From positions 4,463,737-4,516,983 of the forward strand of contig BFEA01000019.1 of NCBI GenBank assembly GCA_003427395.1: a stretch of DNA of 53,247 nt, given 5' to 3'. Source of the DNA: Chara braunii. Its lineage: Eukaryota; Plantae; Charophyceae. The notes under the pieces were generated by a model. That model did no database searches. It worked only from the letters and a program-made list of their open reading frames with translations, and was not told the origin of the DNA. Shown here in pieces: positions 35,976 through 48,243 of the stretch (the stretch's first letter is position 1; every line of letters starts with the position of its first letter). The position numbers and the translations under genes were made by a program.

Positions 35976-36368
35976 GTTATGATATCGGCGAGCTGTTTCT
36001 TGACTGCTGATTGGGAAGTGTTTACAACATCACTGAGGGCATACTCACTCTAGGAATTTTCTCTACTAAGCTCTGAACGTGATTGCGGTCAGATTCATCC
36101 AGGTCTGGCTGTAATTGGAGTCAGATACATCTAGAGAAGTCCTAGTGTGAGTACCCCCTGAGAGAGTGTTTGCCAAATTACTGCTGTTCGACAGTCTGCA
36201 TGACACCACTGAGCTGTTTCTTGATTGGTTGTTGGGAAAGTGTTGATGACATCACTGAGCTGCTGTTTCTTTTCTTTTCTTTTTTTTCTTTTTTTTTTCA
36301 TTCATCTAGCGTCGTTTGGATTTGAACACAGAGGGTCTGTGTTTCCAAGAGTTCTTAGGTGGAACAAC

Positions 36369-36513
36369 AACTGAGCTAGGCATGTTGGTACACTGGTGTG
36401 GTTCTTGATTGGTGATCAACTGAGCTAGGGATGTAGGAACAGTGGTGTGTTTCTTGATTCGAACAGTTCTTGGGGGCGTAAACTGAGCTAGGCATGTTGG
36501 TACACTGGATGTG
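36369..36513 (+). repeat. Three degenerate 50-60 bp direct repeats before the last splice acceptor
   Basis: AACTGAGCTAGG(C/G)ATGT at 36369, 36418 and 36481. Confidence 0.8.
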
Positions 36514-36540
36514 TTTATGCTTTGGTTTTGGCGGTCGCAG

Positions 36541-37164
36541 AGGGTGGTTAAAGAGAAGAACGTCTTGGCGGAGCGGCTGAAGAACGCTGAAAGTGCAAGG
36601 AAGCGGTTCGACGAGGAACTGAAGAGATTTGCGACGGAAACGATCACGCGAGACGAGGTGCGACAAAGCCTCGAGGATGAAGTGCGGCGGTTGAATGCGG
36701 CAGTCGGACAGACGAAAGGGGGATTACGGGAGAAGGAGGAGCAGGTGATGAGGTGCGAGGCATATATCGATGGGATGGAGGCCAAACTGCACGCGCATCA
36801 GGACTATATTCAGACATTGGAGGCAAGTCTTCAGGAGGAAATGTCTAGGCATGCACCGCTGTATGGGGCAGGGCTCGAGGGCCTCAGCCTAAGTGAACTT
36901 GAAACGCTGGCTCGTATACACGAGGAAGGCCTCCGCCAAGTACGTACCTTGCAGCAGCAGAGGCAGGCGGAAAGCGTTGCTGCTGTCGTTGGTTCGATTG
37001 CAGTCGGTGGCCCGGACCTACCTGGAAGCGCCGGTCCTCCAATGGCCCCCCTGTATGCAACGGCGCCACCGATTGCCGTTGGGTTGCCTCCTCTTAGGGC
37101 GAACGGGATCGTCCATGGGAATGGGCACCTGAACGGAGGCCATCCATGGTACCCCTCAGCTTGA
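36541..37164 (+). CDS. MATH/TRAF-like protein, terminal exon
   Basis: cgcAG acceptor, phase 0. RVVKEKNVLAERLKNAESARKRFDEELKRFATE...RCEAYIDGMEAKL...LQEEMSRHAPLYGAGLEGLS...RIHEEGLRQ...NGHLNGGHPW, ending in TGA. Confidence 0.95.
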   Translation, partial: RVVKEKNVLAERLKNAESARKRFDEELKRFATETITRDEVRQSLEDEVRRLNAAVGQTKGGLREKEEQVMRCEAYIDGMEAKLHAHQDYIQTLEASLQEEMSRHAPLYGAGLEGLSLSELETLARIHEEGLRQVRTLQQQRQAESVAAVVGSIAVGGPDLPGSAGPPMAPLYATAPPIAVGLPPLRANGIVHGNGHLNGGHPWYPSA

Positions 37165-38568
37165 TAAGGACATCAGAGAAAGACTGTGGAGACGCCATCG
37201 TATGTTGAGCGATGGGGGAGATGGGCATGCATGTGCGCCGGAATGTTGGCCGCCCTAAGGTGGATGAGATTTTTTCTGTAAGTTTGGTGATGTCAGGGAT
37301 TAAAGAGGAAGGTATGACGATAGAACGGGCGGGATAGAGACAAGTGGAGAGAAGCGGGAGTGGGTGGGAGATGGTGAAAGCGGGGGAGAGTTCTTCGTTT
37401 CTCTCTCTTGTGACCACTGTCAGCTGCGGTTACAGCATCACTCCACCTCCTTTCCCTTCCTTGCCCTAGTCTCTCCTGCTCTTTGCTCTCTTTCTCCATA
37501 GCCTCCGACCCGACAGTCCAGTTGCGACGAAGCCGGGGCTGCTTTCTATTCTGTGCAGCCATGGAGGACCTTCCTTCCTTGTCCCTCTCTCTCTCTCTCT
37601 CTAACTCTCTCTCTCTCTCTCTCTCTCTCTGCAGGCCCACAGTCTATTTGCTTTGTGTTATCTCCATTCATGCCTTTGTTGTTGGCTTGTTTCTTTGCTC
37701 CGGGTAAACGCCGCCGGCTCCTTGCCAGTCGATGCTGACATCATCATGTAAACCATTGTGAATGCACAGAGTATTAAGATTGCTAAAAGTTTTTTTCTTT
37801 AGTCTCCTCACGCCACCCTCCGTCCTCTCACTAATGTATCAAAAGGACCTTCAGCCTCCCATTTGGCCTCAGTACTTGGGGAAGGCTTTATTGATGATCC
37901 CAGTGCCGCACCACGTGTCGTCAAAGAACGTTGTCCTGTGTGATTGGTAGCTTTGTAATACGCTTCTCTTGCATGTTATGTGTCGACCTGTTGTGAGAAG
38001 TCCTCCTCTTCCGCCAATGAGGCGGTTTGCTGCATGATGTGGGTACATGTGGTGTATGATGATTGCAGGTAGACACATGCAACGTGTGCGCCGGAAGAGA
38101 GATCCGCAGAGGCGGCGGCAACAGGGCTTCTAGAGGAGGCTATTATGTGGTGTGTTAGAAATGCCAGAAGGTAGTAGTATATCTTTCACGTGAGTCGAAC
38201 ATCTACAGTCATGTCTACTTCTATACAGCAATTTGTTGATGTCATCCCACCCCTCACAAATCCTGCTCGTCAAGCGCCTCCGTCCACTTCTGACAACCCC
38301 TTCCCTTGGCCTTCTTTTCTTTTTTTTCTTTTTTTCCTGCTTGGCTTTTTTTTTTCCTGCTTGGGATTATGGGTGATTCACTGATTCTTGGTGATAAATT
38401 TGTGTCTAGACTCTAGATTCATTGTCCGACGTCCGTCTCTCATTGGCATCCCACCTTTTCCTTTTTCTGGTATAATTTTTTAATTTTTACTAATTTTTTT
38501 CGTATAAAGTTTGCTCTCATTTTCAGGGATCCACTTTCAGTATAGGCCTGGTGCAATAATCTTCAAGG

Positions 38569-38614
<46 letters not shown>

Positions 38615-39997
38615 CCCCTCTTTTTCTTTTTTTTTTTCACTTAATCCCCATTTTTTTAAGTGCCTGATGATTGCTGTCTATCGGAATTGTGGCGTTCTGC
38701 GAGGACGCTCTATGTCAGAATGTTTGTCCTTTAGATAAGCTGCACTGTGTCATCCCGCAAACCCTCTTGCAGTCGCTTCACCAGCCATATCTGATCTTCT
38801 CTGCTTTCTCCGGTGCATTGCCTCTCACCAACCTTTCACGACCGTCCAAAATGCTTTCCGTCTTTTTGTCCTTCACTCTCCCTTTTCTCGCCCCCGGCCT
38901 GTGTATGTCCTCCCAATTTGGATAATCTTTTCTTTCGATTTGTTGCTTTACTGAAATACGTCCACGTCTTTTCATGTTGCGCTCACCATCTGTGCTCTGC
39001 TGTCGCTTGGTGATCATTCAGAACTGAATCTGAAGTCGTGTCCTCTTCTTCTCCTTTCTTCTTTTTCGTTTTTTTTTTTTTGAACTCTTCAGTGTGTTCA
39101 TACCAGGCAAATGCAACTTTCCCCCNTTCACGTATATACTCCTCTACTCTCGTTTTGCTTCTGATGGACAGCTCAGGGCCAAGCTATTCTGTGAGGGATT
39201 GCTGTGACAGATGTATCTGGCCTTCCTTTTGGCCACATACCCCTGAAAAACAACTACCCACAAGAAGAGTGTCAAATTGGGAATCACAAGAAGGTTATCA
39301 ATAAAGGGTCTACACTGCAGATGTATCTGACCTTCCTTTTGGCCATATACCCCTGTTGTAGGTAAGCATTTTTTTTTTTTTTCCTGTGATGTGCTAGGCG
39401 GGTCGCATGGGTTGGATATTTTATGCGATGGAATGGAAAAGGAGAAAAGCTGGAGGGAGCTTCGATTTTGTGAAAGAATGACAAGAAGAGAGAGAGAGGA
39501 TAATCCACACAAAATCTGCACTTGGACACTTTTTGAACGCGGTGCATCCGAATCTTACCAGCATAACTATCCGTTAATTGTCCACGCATGCGTATTCACT
39601 CAGAAATTCCAGCCCTTTTCTTTTTTTTTTTTCCAACCTTTAGGCTTTAATCATAGTTATATAATGTAGTAATAGTCCTTGTGTGCGTGCGTGATTCAGA
39701 ATTTCATAAGCAATCTGTGGTGATTGTGATAGGCATATTCTCCACTAGAGAACACTCTACATGCATTTGGCTGCTTTATGGACCCGATACGTATAAAATG
39801 TCGAACTTTTCTGAATGCATCTTGTTCAGAAAGCATCCAAAATGCATGTGGAGTGTTGTGCTGTGGAGTGAGGCCCATAGAATCATTGACTGATCAGTTT
39901 TTAGGGTTTTTGTAACGTTTAACAAGTTTTTATATTTTTGTGCATGGCAACAAGGCGACCAGAATGGCCCGGGACCACATGCCCGGCTGGGGCGATA

Positions 39998-40264
39998 TGA
40001 AACTCCGACGAAACAGTTTGTCACAGCCCCTCGTTTGTTGTCCTCTTCTCTCTCTCTGCCTACGGTTTTACCGGGCAGTTCTGTTTGTGACGGTATATAC
40101 ATACATATATATATATATACACACATACCTCTTCTCTCTCTCTCTGCTTATGGTTTACCGGGCAGTTCTGTTTGTGATGATATATATATCGTTAAACAGA
40201 GCTGCCCGGTAAACCGAAAGCAGAGAGGGAGGGAGAAGAGGACAGCAAATGAGGGGCTGTGACA
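39998..40264 (+). mobile_element. Penelope/retrozyme-like repeat: hammerhead 3' half, tandem and inverted copies around (TA)n
   Basis: TGAAACTCCGAC-GAAA-CAGTTT-GTC, then TGTCCTCTTCTCTC...GGGCAGTTCTGTTTGTGACG. A partial tandem copy at 40128-40179 and an inverted copy at 40190-40264. Confidence 0.55.
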
Positions 40265-40670
40265 TCGGCAATACCTGTGCCTCCCCTCAGGTCCCCTCCC
40301 CTTCGAACATCGGCAGCCTGCCTTCTTCGCTGACGTCAAACACTTCGTCACTCGGCTTCCCTGCGGCCAGCTACGGACGGCGCTGGTTACAGCCGTCACA
40401 TCTGCTCCTTTGTTCTTGAAACATGACGACGGGGAAGGGGCAACCGCCTGTTGAGGCATCATCATAGAACGGACCAGCCTCAGGTCGGTCAGGGTTATTT
40501 AACTCTTGCGATTTCATCCTGATTCCAAATCTTTCAGGTCTGGTTATGTACTAGCAGATCTTGGGCGTAGGATTCAGCAACATGGGGCTTGGTAGCCGAC
40601 AGAAGTGCGAAAGATTTTAACAACTGTGTAGCAGACAGAGCTGCAAAAGAATGTCGCACTGCTCATCGGA

Positions 40671-40975
40671 CAGATCTAGTGTCACTGCCTGTTGGATGGC
40701 ACTACGGTAGTCATACCACACCGCTTCTCTGCTGGCGGGATATTGCGCAATGCTGCAACCCCTTTGTTTGCTGGAGTTTTGTGCAGGGTATGGACTCTAA
40801 CAAGGGTACACAGTTGGGGCGTACCAGATCTAGTGTCACTGCCAGTTGGATTGTACTAGTCATACCACACCGCTTCTCTGTTGAGGGATATTGCACAACG
40901 CCGCGACCCCTTCGTTTGCTGGAGTTTTGTGCAGGGTTTGACTCTAACAAGGGTACACAGTTGGGGTGTACCAAA
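40671..40975 (+). repeat. About 155-bp tandem duplication
   Basis: CAGATCTAGTGTCACTGCC...AACAAGGGTACACAGTTGGGG(C/T)GTACCA occurs twice. Confidence 0.9.
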
Positions 40976-41408
40976 CCATTCTGAAGTGGCTGAATAGGGG
41001 GGTTTAATTTTTTTAACAGGTGCCTTTGAATTGAGCCTCTCCACCTGTACAGGCCCTGGATCAACCTGTGTCGAAAACCTGGTTGCCTTGTGGCGCTTAG
41101 CTGAAAAGCGGAGTCCTTTGAAGAATCTGGCGGCTTCAACCGCCAGCACTTCCCATCCTTTCTTTGAAATTGTTCCCGCGTAAGCTGCTGCCTGCCCCGT
41201 TGAAATGGTGGCTTGGACCGCCGCCGCCGCCACCACCACATAGTTTTTGTTTTTTGTTCCCTCTCCCCTTCCCCCCGCGGCTAAATAAAACAGGTCCTCG
41301 TGGTCCTTGCTCCATATCCATTCTGGAGACCATCAGTCAGTTCGGTTCCTTTTTGTCCCCCTCTCCCCAACACCCCNNNNNNNNNNNNNNNNNNNNNNNN
41401 NNNNNNNN

Positions 41409-41439
<31 letters not shown>

Positions 41440-41997
41440 TACCTCCCAAAAAGCAAAAAGAGGTCCTTATGGTCCTTTGGCTGCGTGCGTAATAGTCCAT
41501 GTCCACTCTGGGGAGCACAAGTCCGTTTCTTCTTTTTCTTTTTTTTTTCCCTGAAAAAGGAGGTCCTTATGGTCCCGGACCTGTAATTGCCCGTACCCAT
41601 TCTGGGGAGCATCGGCCGGTCTTTTTTCTTTTTTTCCTTTTTTTTTCTTCAGAGAAAGGCTAATTCTTTTGAGCCAGACTATTTCAATCACCTGTCGCAT
41701 GTGACAGGGAGGTCTTTCAGGTCTTTTCATATTAGCACAGTAGAATTACGAGGAGCCCATAGCAGCCAGCCCGTGTTCAAGCGTCGAGCGAGGGAACATG
41801 TGGGGACTCCACCTGACCTGCAGGTGGCCGATACCAACCAGGGATCAGCTGGTAGCATCAGGACCGATTTTCTTCAATGGGCCAGTCGCCTAGCCTCCCC
41901 TCCGGTCCCCTTCCCGTACAAAAATCAGAATTGTCTGCCCAGTGCGGAGTGGGGGGACCAGCGGGCTGTCTGTAGGTGGGGCACACCAAGCATGCCC

Positions 41998-42753
41998 AGG
42001 AAGGTACATGAGACAAGTGAGGATTGAACCCATGGCCTCCGGAATGCCACTTCCGTGCCTTACCAACTGAGCCAGGCCGCTGGATCCTTTTCCACCAGCG
42101 AAGTCATCAAGGAAGGTACATGAGGCCAATGAGGATTGAACCCATGACCTTCTGAATGCCCACTTCCATGCCTCGGCAACTGAACTAAGCGGCTGGATCC
42201 TTTTTCCACCAGCAAAGCCATCGAGGAAGGTACGTGAGGCCAGTGGGGATTGAACCCATGGCCTTCTGAATGCCCACTTCTGCGCCTTGTCAACTGAGCA
42301 CAGGGGCTGGATGCTTTGCCACCAGCAAAGCCATCGAGGAAGGTACGTGAAGCCAGCGGGGATTGAGCCTGTGACCTCCTGAATGCCACTTGCATGCCTT
42401 ACGGCTCTTACCAACTGACCCAGGCCAGTGGATCCCTTCTTTTAGCCGCAAAGTCGTCAAGGTGCAGCAACACCCGCGCTGCCTTCCATTTGGCCGACGG
42501 AATCCTGATCGGCATCGGTTGTGCCACTCGCATGGAGGCTCGACCGTCCAGCTTGCCATTGGGGATTGAGCCCATGACCTCCTAGATGCCACTTCCATGC
42601 CTTACGGTCCTTAGCAACTGACCCAGGCCAGTGGATCCTTTCTTTTAGCAAAGTCGTCAAGGTGCAACAACACCCGCGCTGCCTTCCATTTGGCCGATGG
42701 AATCCTGATCGGCATCGATTGCGCCGCTCGCATGGAGGCTTGACCGTCCAGCT
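41998..42753 (-). repeat. Tandem array of five tRNA-derived (SINE-head-like) cassettes
   Basis: Minus-strand A-box-like TGGCTCAGTTGG and B-box GGTTCAATCC/GGCTCAATCC at tRNA spacing. Units of about 115 bp, plus two of about 200 bp. Confidence 0.8.
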
Positions 42754-42769
42754 CAGACCACCAGATCAT

Positions 42770-42884
42770 TTCTGGACAATCTGGTGTACCCAAGATAAAT
42801 TCTGGACAATGTGGTGTACCCAAGATAAATTCTGGACAATGTGGTGTACCCAAGATAAATTCTGGACAATGTGGTGTACCCAAG
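42770..42884. repeat. 30-bp minisatellite, about 4 units
   Basis: TTCTGGACAATGTGGTGTACCCAAGATAAA in tandem. Confidence 0.95.
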
Positions 42885-44174
42885 TCCCTCCTTATGTGAC
42901 CACTGAGTGATGTTTTAAAAGATATGTTGCACCCAACTCCCTCTTATGCGGTTGTTTGGTCTGTCGAACAAAGTAAGCCTAGGCCACTCCTTGACTTCCA
43001 CAGCCAAGCAACAAAAACTGTTCCGTCGAAACCCTTCCAGCTTTGGCGGGTTTAATTTTGACAGGCTCGCCAGATCACAAAGCGGTTGAGGACACTGTGA
43101 GAACGGGAAAGCTTGCATGGGGAGTTTAGACGCACGACGAAATAAGGAATTTTCCCCTGTGGTCAGTGGGGCCATTTTCAACCAGAAGTATGAGGGCCAG
43201 CCAATTTTCTGCAACGCACTGGCAGGTGTGAGCATGACGAATGCTTCCTTTTTGGCGGGATGCACCACCCGGGACGCTTCTCCCCCTAAAAAACAAACAT
43301 GCTGTCAAAGCAACAGTCACATCATGGACCCATTTTTCGCCTGGAAGCTTTTGAAGCAACACGCGGCAGTCGGATGCATCCTTTGAGACGCAGTGCCTTG
43401 ACGGGGGGGCGTCGTATAACATTTTTGATCTCGGAGTTGCGGAACAGAAACCAAACTGACACTCGCGAGAATGGGAGCTAGGCTGAAGAAGAGTTGCTGT
43501 CTTTCATTGGAAAACAACAACAACAACAACAACAGAGGGTTTCATCATGACTCTCATGCACAAGGAAGGTGTGTCGGCACAACTTTTGTCAAGGAAGGTG
43601 TGTCGGCACAACTGTGTCTCCATTCTTTTTTTGATTCTTTTAAAACGACAACTTTAGCGTTACTCGGACTTACTCCGTCTCATTTCCAGTTCCTCCTAGT
43701 GTTGCTATTTGCAAGTGGCAGCATGCTCGTCGTAGCTGTTCTGCTTGGCGTCAAGCAATATCGAGCCAGCCGTGCAGACGTGGCATGCCGACCAACTCCA
43801 AACATGCTCTCATGAACATTGGCGGGTACGCCGCCGGGTAGGCAGGCTAGAAGAAGTCATCTGATATTTTCTTGCTTTTACAATTTCGCGCAACGAGGGG
43901 ATACTCCCACAGGGACGTGATGACCATAAACCACCACAAGTACACGGCCCCAGCCTTGCAGTCCAATACTTGTCGCCCCAAGAAAACGAGGCCGAAACAT
44001 GGAATGGTAAACGCTATGCCAGCCGTTGATACATCCGATCGGTGGGCGCTTTTTTTCTCCTTTCGCGCCTCCAGAATTTGAGGCGTCTGGCCTCGTTTCT
44101 GTGATGCAGAATCCGAAGAGTAGAGATCAAGATCAGCGACCTTTCAATGCTGGTCCTGCATGAGTGTGCTACAT

Positions 44175-44655
44175 GCCAGAAGAGAGCTTGTGAAAGTAAG
44201 TAGACAATGGATCCGCGAGTGAGCAATTACTGTAGACAATGGATCCGCGAGTGAGCTCATGTAGAAGCACCCACCGCTGGATCTGTTATCTTAGCGGAAA
44301 TTCTCTTAAAAATTAAAATTGGGAACTTAAGCTTGTGATATCAAGAATCGCTATCTGTGCAAGCATTTTACGATTCAATAGTACTTCGTGACTTTTTAAT
44401 GAAAAAATCAACTTATTATAGGACAAATCCTGTTCTCGTACTGCAGCAAGTACTTTGTAGTACATTACACTAACCTACATGATGGTAGAGGCCACTTGCC
44501 AGAAGAGAGCTTGTGAAAGTAAGTAGACAACTTGAATGGATCAGCGAGTGAGCAATTAGTGTAGTATATTACACTAACGTACATGATGGTAGAGGCCACT
44601 TGGCAGAAGAGAGCTTGTGAAAGTGAGTAGACAATGGAACCGCGAGTGAGCAACT
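44175..44655 (+). repeat. Three related direct repeats
   Basis: CAGAAGAGAGCTTGTGAAAGT(A/G)AGTAGACAA...GCGAGTGAGCAA at about 44177, 44500 and 44604. Confidence 0.85.
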
Positions 44656-45623
44656 TTAATCGCGGTCATCTTGGCCCGAGGGGCGACTACGTATAACACT
44701 CACTATTTCTTTTCTTCGAGCCTGAAGCGGACACTAAGGTAGAGTCCTTGGTATGTGCGAAGTTGCAAGCCAACAAAATACTTCCCGTTATAAATGTGTG
44801 CACAGTATCCGACCAATTTATGCAAAATACGTTACCAAATTTTCCAAATTTACTAACAGAGATTCTACATTACGAAATTTTCCAACTCTTTCCTACTCTG
44901 GCGAGCCGCACGCGAACGTTTTTTTTTAACAGAAGCATCTACAAATGGACCTTTCCATCAGGTGGCCATGTACTGGAGCTTTAAATTCCAAAAATTGGAC
45001 AGGGCTGCATTTTTAGGGTCACATTGGAGAGACCCGCTCTACCCAAATGTACATCGGGTGGCCCTTTTGTCAGCAGCCTGTGGAGCCGCGGGAGGACCCT
45101 TTTTGAGCCCACCTCCAGAGGAGGTCTCAAATTACCTTTTTTTTATGTTTTTTCTTTCTCTACGAGGTATTTCAAGAAATTTGTGCATGAGCAAAACGTC
45201 CGTGCGTGTTAATTCAGCGTTGGAAAAGAAGAAGAAGAAAAAAGTCTATATATTTTTGGGTGTAAGAAGTGTGACTATGTGCAGTTCCTGTGTCCTTGGT
45301 GGACAGAGTCTACCCATGGGACCACACGAGTCGAACATTGTCCTATGTACCAAACGCCTCTCAAATATTTGCGACTTCAAGTGAAATTAGGTCCCCGAGG
45401 GAGTATGCGCTGAGAGGATGGACCAACCGAAGATTGTCGGCAATCAGCGGGAAACCAAAGTTGTAATGAAATTGAATCTGAAATATTTCAGGTCGAGATC
45501 GAGTTAATAATCGCCTTCCCTCCAGGTCGAAATTAAGTTGATTATTTGGTCTGGAATCGTCGGTTATCTCGACCTGGAGGGAAGGCGTGCTCCCTCAGCA
45601 ACAGCAGGCGAATGGGAGGATGT

Positions 45624-45674
<51 letters not shown>

Positions 45675-45894
45675 CGCGCGCGCGTGTGGGCACGCCCTTG
45701 ACCGAAATCCCTGGCACCCAAAAAAAAGAAAAAGCAAATGTAGCGTAGGCTTGGAGTTCTACCGCCTCTGATTTGGTGCTGCAGAGTCCATCAGTATCAT
45801 GTGGTACAGGCATTGAGTCCAACGGCAGAGTATGCTTCGATGTGAGAGTGGTTATCCATTGTGTTCATCGTCATTATCTCGGAGTTGTTAGCTG

Positions 45895-45929
<35 letters not shown>

Positions 45930-45932
<3 letters not shown>

Positions 45933-46023
45933 TGAGTCGGTGAACTCCAACGAAACAGTTTGCTGTCCTCTTCTCCCTCTTGGCCTACGGTTGACCGGGC
46001 GGTTCTGTCTGACGATATATATA
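45930..46023 (+). ncRNA. Hammerhead-ribozyme-like core (5'-clipped) with the same downstream repeat
   Basis: TGATGA-GTCGG-tgaact-CCAAC-GAAA-CAG-tttg-CTGTC, followed by the repeat also seen at 40038 and 48193. Flanked by (GT)n and (TA)n. Confidence 0.6.
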
Positions 46024-47557
46024 GATGTGTCTAAGTATTTATCTGTTTATAACATTCTTAAACGATGCGTGAGTATCTTGTGATATGCATTTGAGGCACT
46101 ACGAGACTGTTGGGCCCAAGCTGGGCATCGAGAACAGGGTTGTGGGCACCTGTTTTGTTTTTACCACTTTGGTTTGTCTTTATTTTGTTGGACGTAGCCG
46201 GCAGTTTTGCACTCCCTTTTTGTTTTGCGTGCACACTGGTGTGTGTGTCGCTCGCTCTGTCGTCTTTTTTTTTTTTTTTTGCATGCGCACTGGTATGAGT
46301 TTTGCGATCTTTTGTTCTGTTGTACCAAGACATATGAAATGTAAGGATCTAACTTCGTTCCAATATGAGCACACACCTGGGTGATGTGGGTGAGACGAGT
46401 ACATGTTTCGGTCTTTTCGTTTGTGCCCGCAGCTATATACGTAAGGTTGGCAGTTGGTGTTTTTTTTTGCTCTGCTGTTTTGTGCGTTCGTTGTCATGGA
46501 AGCAGGCGTGGCGCTTTATCTTTTTGCCCTCTGTTTGTATTCCAATTGACGAATACGAGTTGTTGAACAACAAGTGCAAACCTGGCTTTGTTTTTTTTTT
46601 CCCCTTTTTTTTTCTTTTTTTCTTTGTTTTTTGCACCCCTTCGCGACGTCTTTTAAAATTGGAGCGTCACAGAAAACGATAAACATGGGCCCGCACGTGC
46701 ATGTGCGCAAAATGATAATAATAATAATAAAAAAGAATCAAATGGATGAAAGGAAGGTACACCGTACACTTTTTTTTTGATTTTTTCTTTTTTATTTCCG
46801 AAGGCCGGTTGTAGGTGGTAGGAGTGGGGACTATCCATGGTGCAGTCAGTCTGGGGTAAACAGGTCGTCGTATCTCGCTAACGTCATGCCCCTATATACC
46901 CACACAACTCCTTGAGGACTCGCCGTAGAGTACATTTGTAACTGTTAAGTGGACAGGTCATGAGACTCAGTTCAAATTGTCGTGGAATCAAATGAGTAGA
47001 ATGATATCAGGCCGTGCCCCTTTTTTTTTGGGTAGTACAATTAGGTAATATAAAAATATATATTTAAAAAACGAAAAATTAAAAACAATAACATATGTCT
47101 TCATTCTAAGATATATGAAACTTGGATTTTAAGTATATCTAACACATTTTGATAGAAAATCAATCTATGGTTCACATTCAGTATTAAGTATGAATTATTG
47201 ATAGGACATATGTCAATTTCCTAACATTATAGTATTTATAGCATAATCGAATATAGAATTCTAGGAGTTTATGTTACTTAAACAAAAAAGAACCCCGAGA
47301 AAGAAAACGTTGCGGATTAGCCGTTGAGCACACTTTTTAAGCTGTGACTGTAAGTCTCCGGGTCATGAGTTTGAATGGCGGTGGAATCAAATGAGTAGTC
47401 TAATATCAGGGGTTACCTTTTTTTTTTTTTGCTGGGGGGGGGGAGGAAGGGGGAGGGGGGGAGGGAGGGACTTCAAAAAAGGAAAAAATACTGTGCAAGC
47501 AGACTCCATGTTTGCCTGTGGTTTTCTATTTTTAGCCCCGACAGATGTATGATGTTC

Positions 47558-47607
47558 AGACTCCTGATGAGTCGGTGAAACTCCAACGGAACTGTCTGTT
47601 AGAGACC
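47558..47607 (+). ncRNA. Degenerate hammerhead-ribozyme-like core
   Basis: CTGATGA-GTCGG-tgaaact-CCAAC-GGAA-C-tgtct-GTT; GAAA is mutated and stem I is weak. Confidence 0.5.
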
Positions 47608-48127
47608 CTCGTGTGGTGCTTTCTTTTGCTCACAGGACCCTCTGCCTACAACTCACAGGACACTTCTCCTTGGCCATGTTTAATAGACACTTTTACACCG
47701 TGCGCCTCTTTTTTCCCTTTTGTGTTTCAAACTTCACACATTCCACAGTGTGCCTCTGTTTTTGCTGGTCTTGATTCGACTTTGTGGTCTGTCCTTGTTC
47801 CAAGTCTACACGCCCACCCGGGACGTCTCAGGGATGAGGTCCTAGTACCAAGGAGGAGGATTGGATGAAGCTCCTTGTTCACATTCTGGATGTGTTTAAT
47901 GGCATTAATGCAGAGTTGCAGAATCTCACTCCGATCTCGATTTTTGCTGCCCCTCGGCACAAACACGTCTAGATTTGGGGTGATCAACCCAATCGTCCAT
48001 GCTAGCGGGACCTCGCCCCTGAGGCGTCCTGCTCCTGGTGTGTGTATCACATATTGTGAGGGACCGGACCGGCTGAAACAGGAGTTGTCCCTTTTTTTGT
48101 AAATAAGAGTCATCAGAGTCTTTTCTC

Positions 48128-48192
<65 letters not shown>

Positions 48193-48200
<8 letters not shown>

Positions 48201-48243
48201 TCTCTCTCTCTGCCTACGGTTTAGCGGGCAGTTCTGTTTGTGA

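Noticed and set aside
42011-42632. Functional tRNA gene cluster
   Set aside because: Acceptor stems do not pair well, anticodon loops vary in length, and the T-loop lacks canonical TTCGA; these are tRNA-derived units.
48085-48120. Minus-strand CTGATGA as another hammerhead
   Set aside because: No GAAA or stem III at the required spacing.
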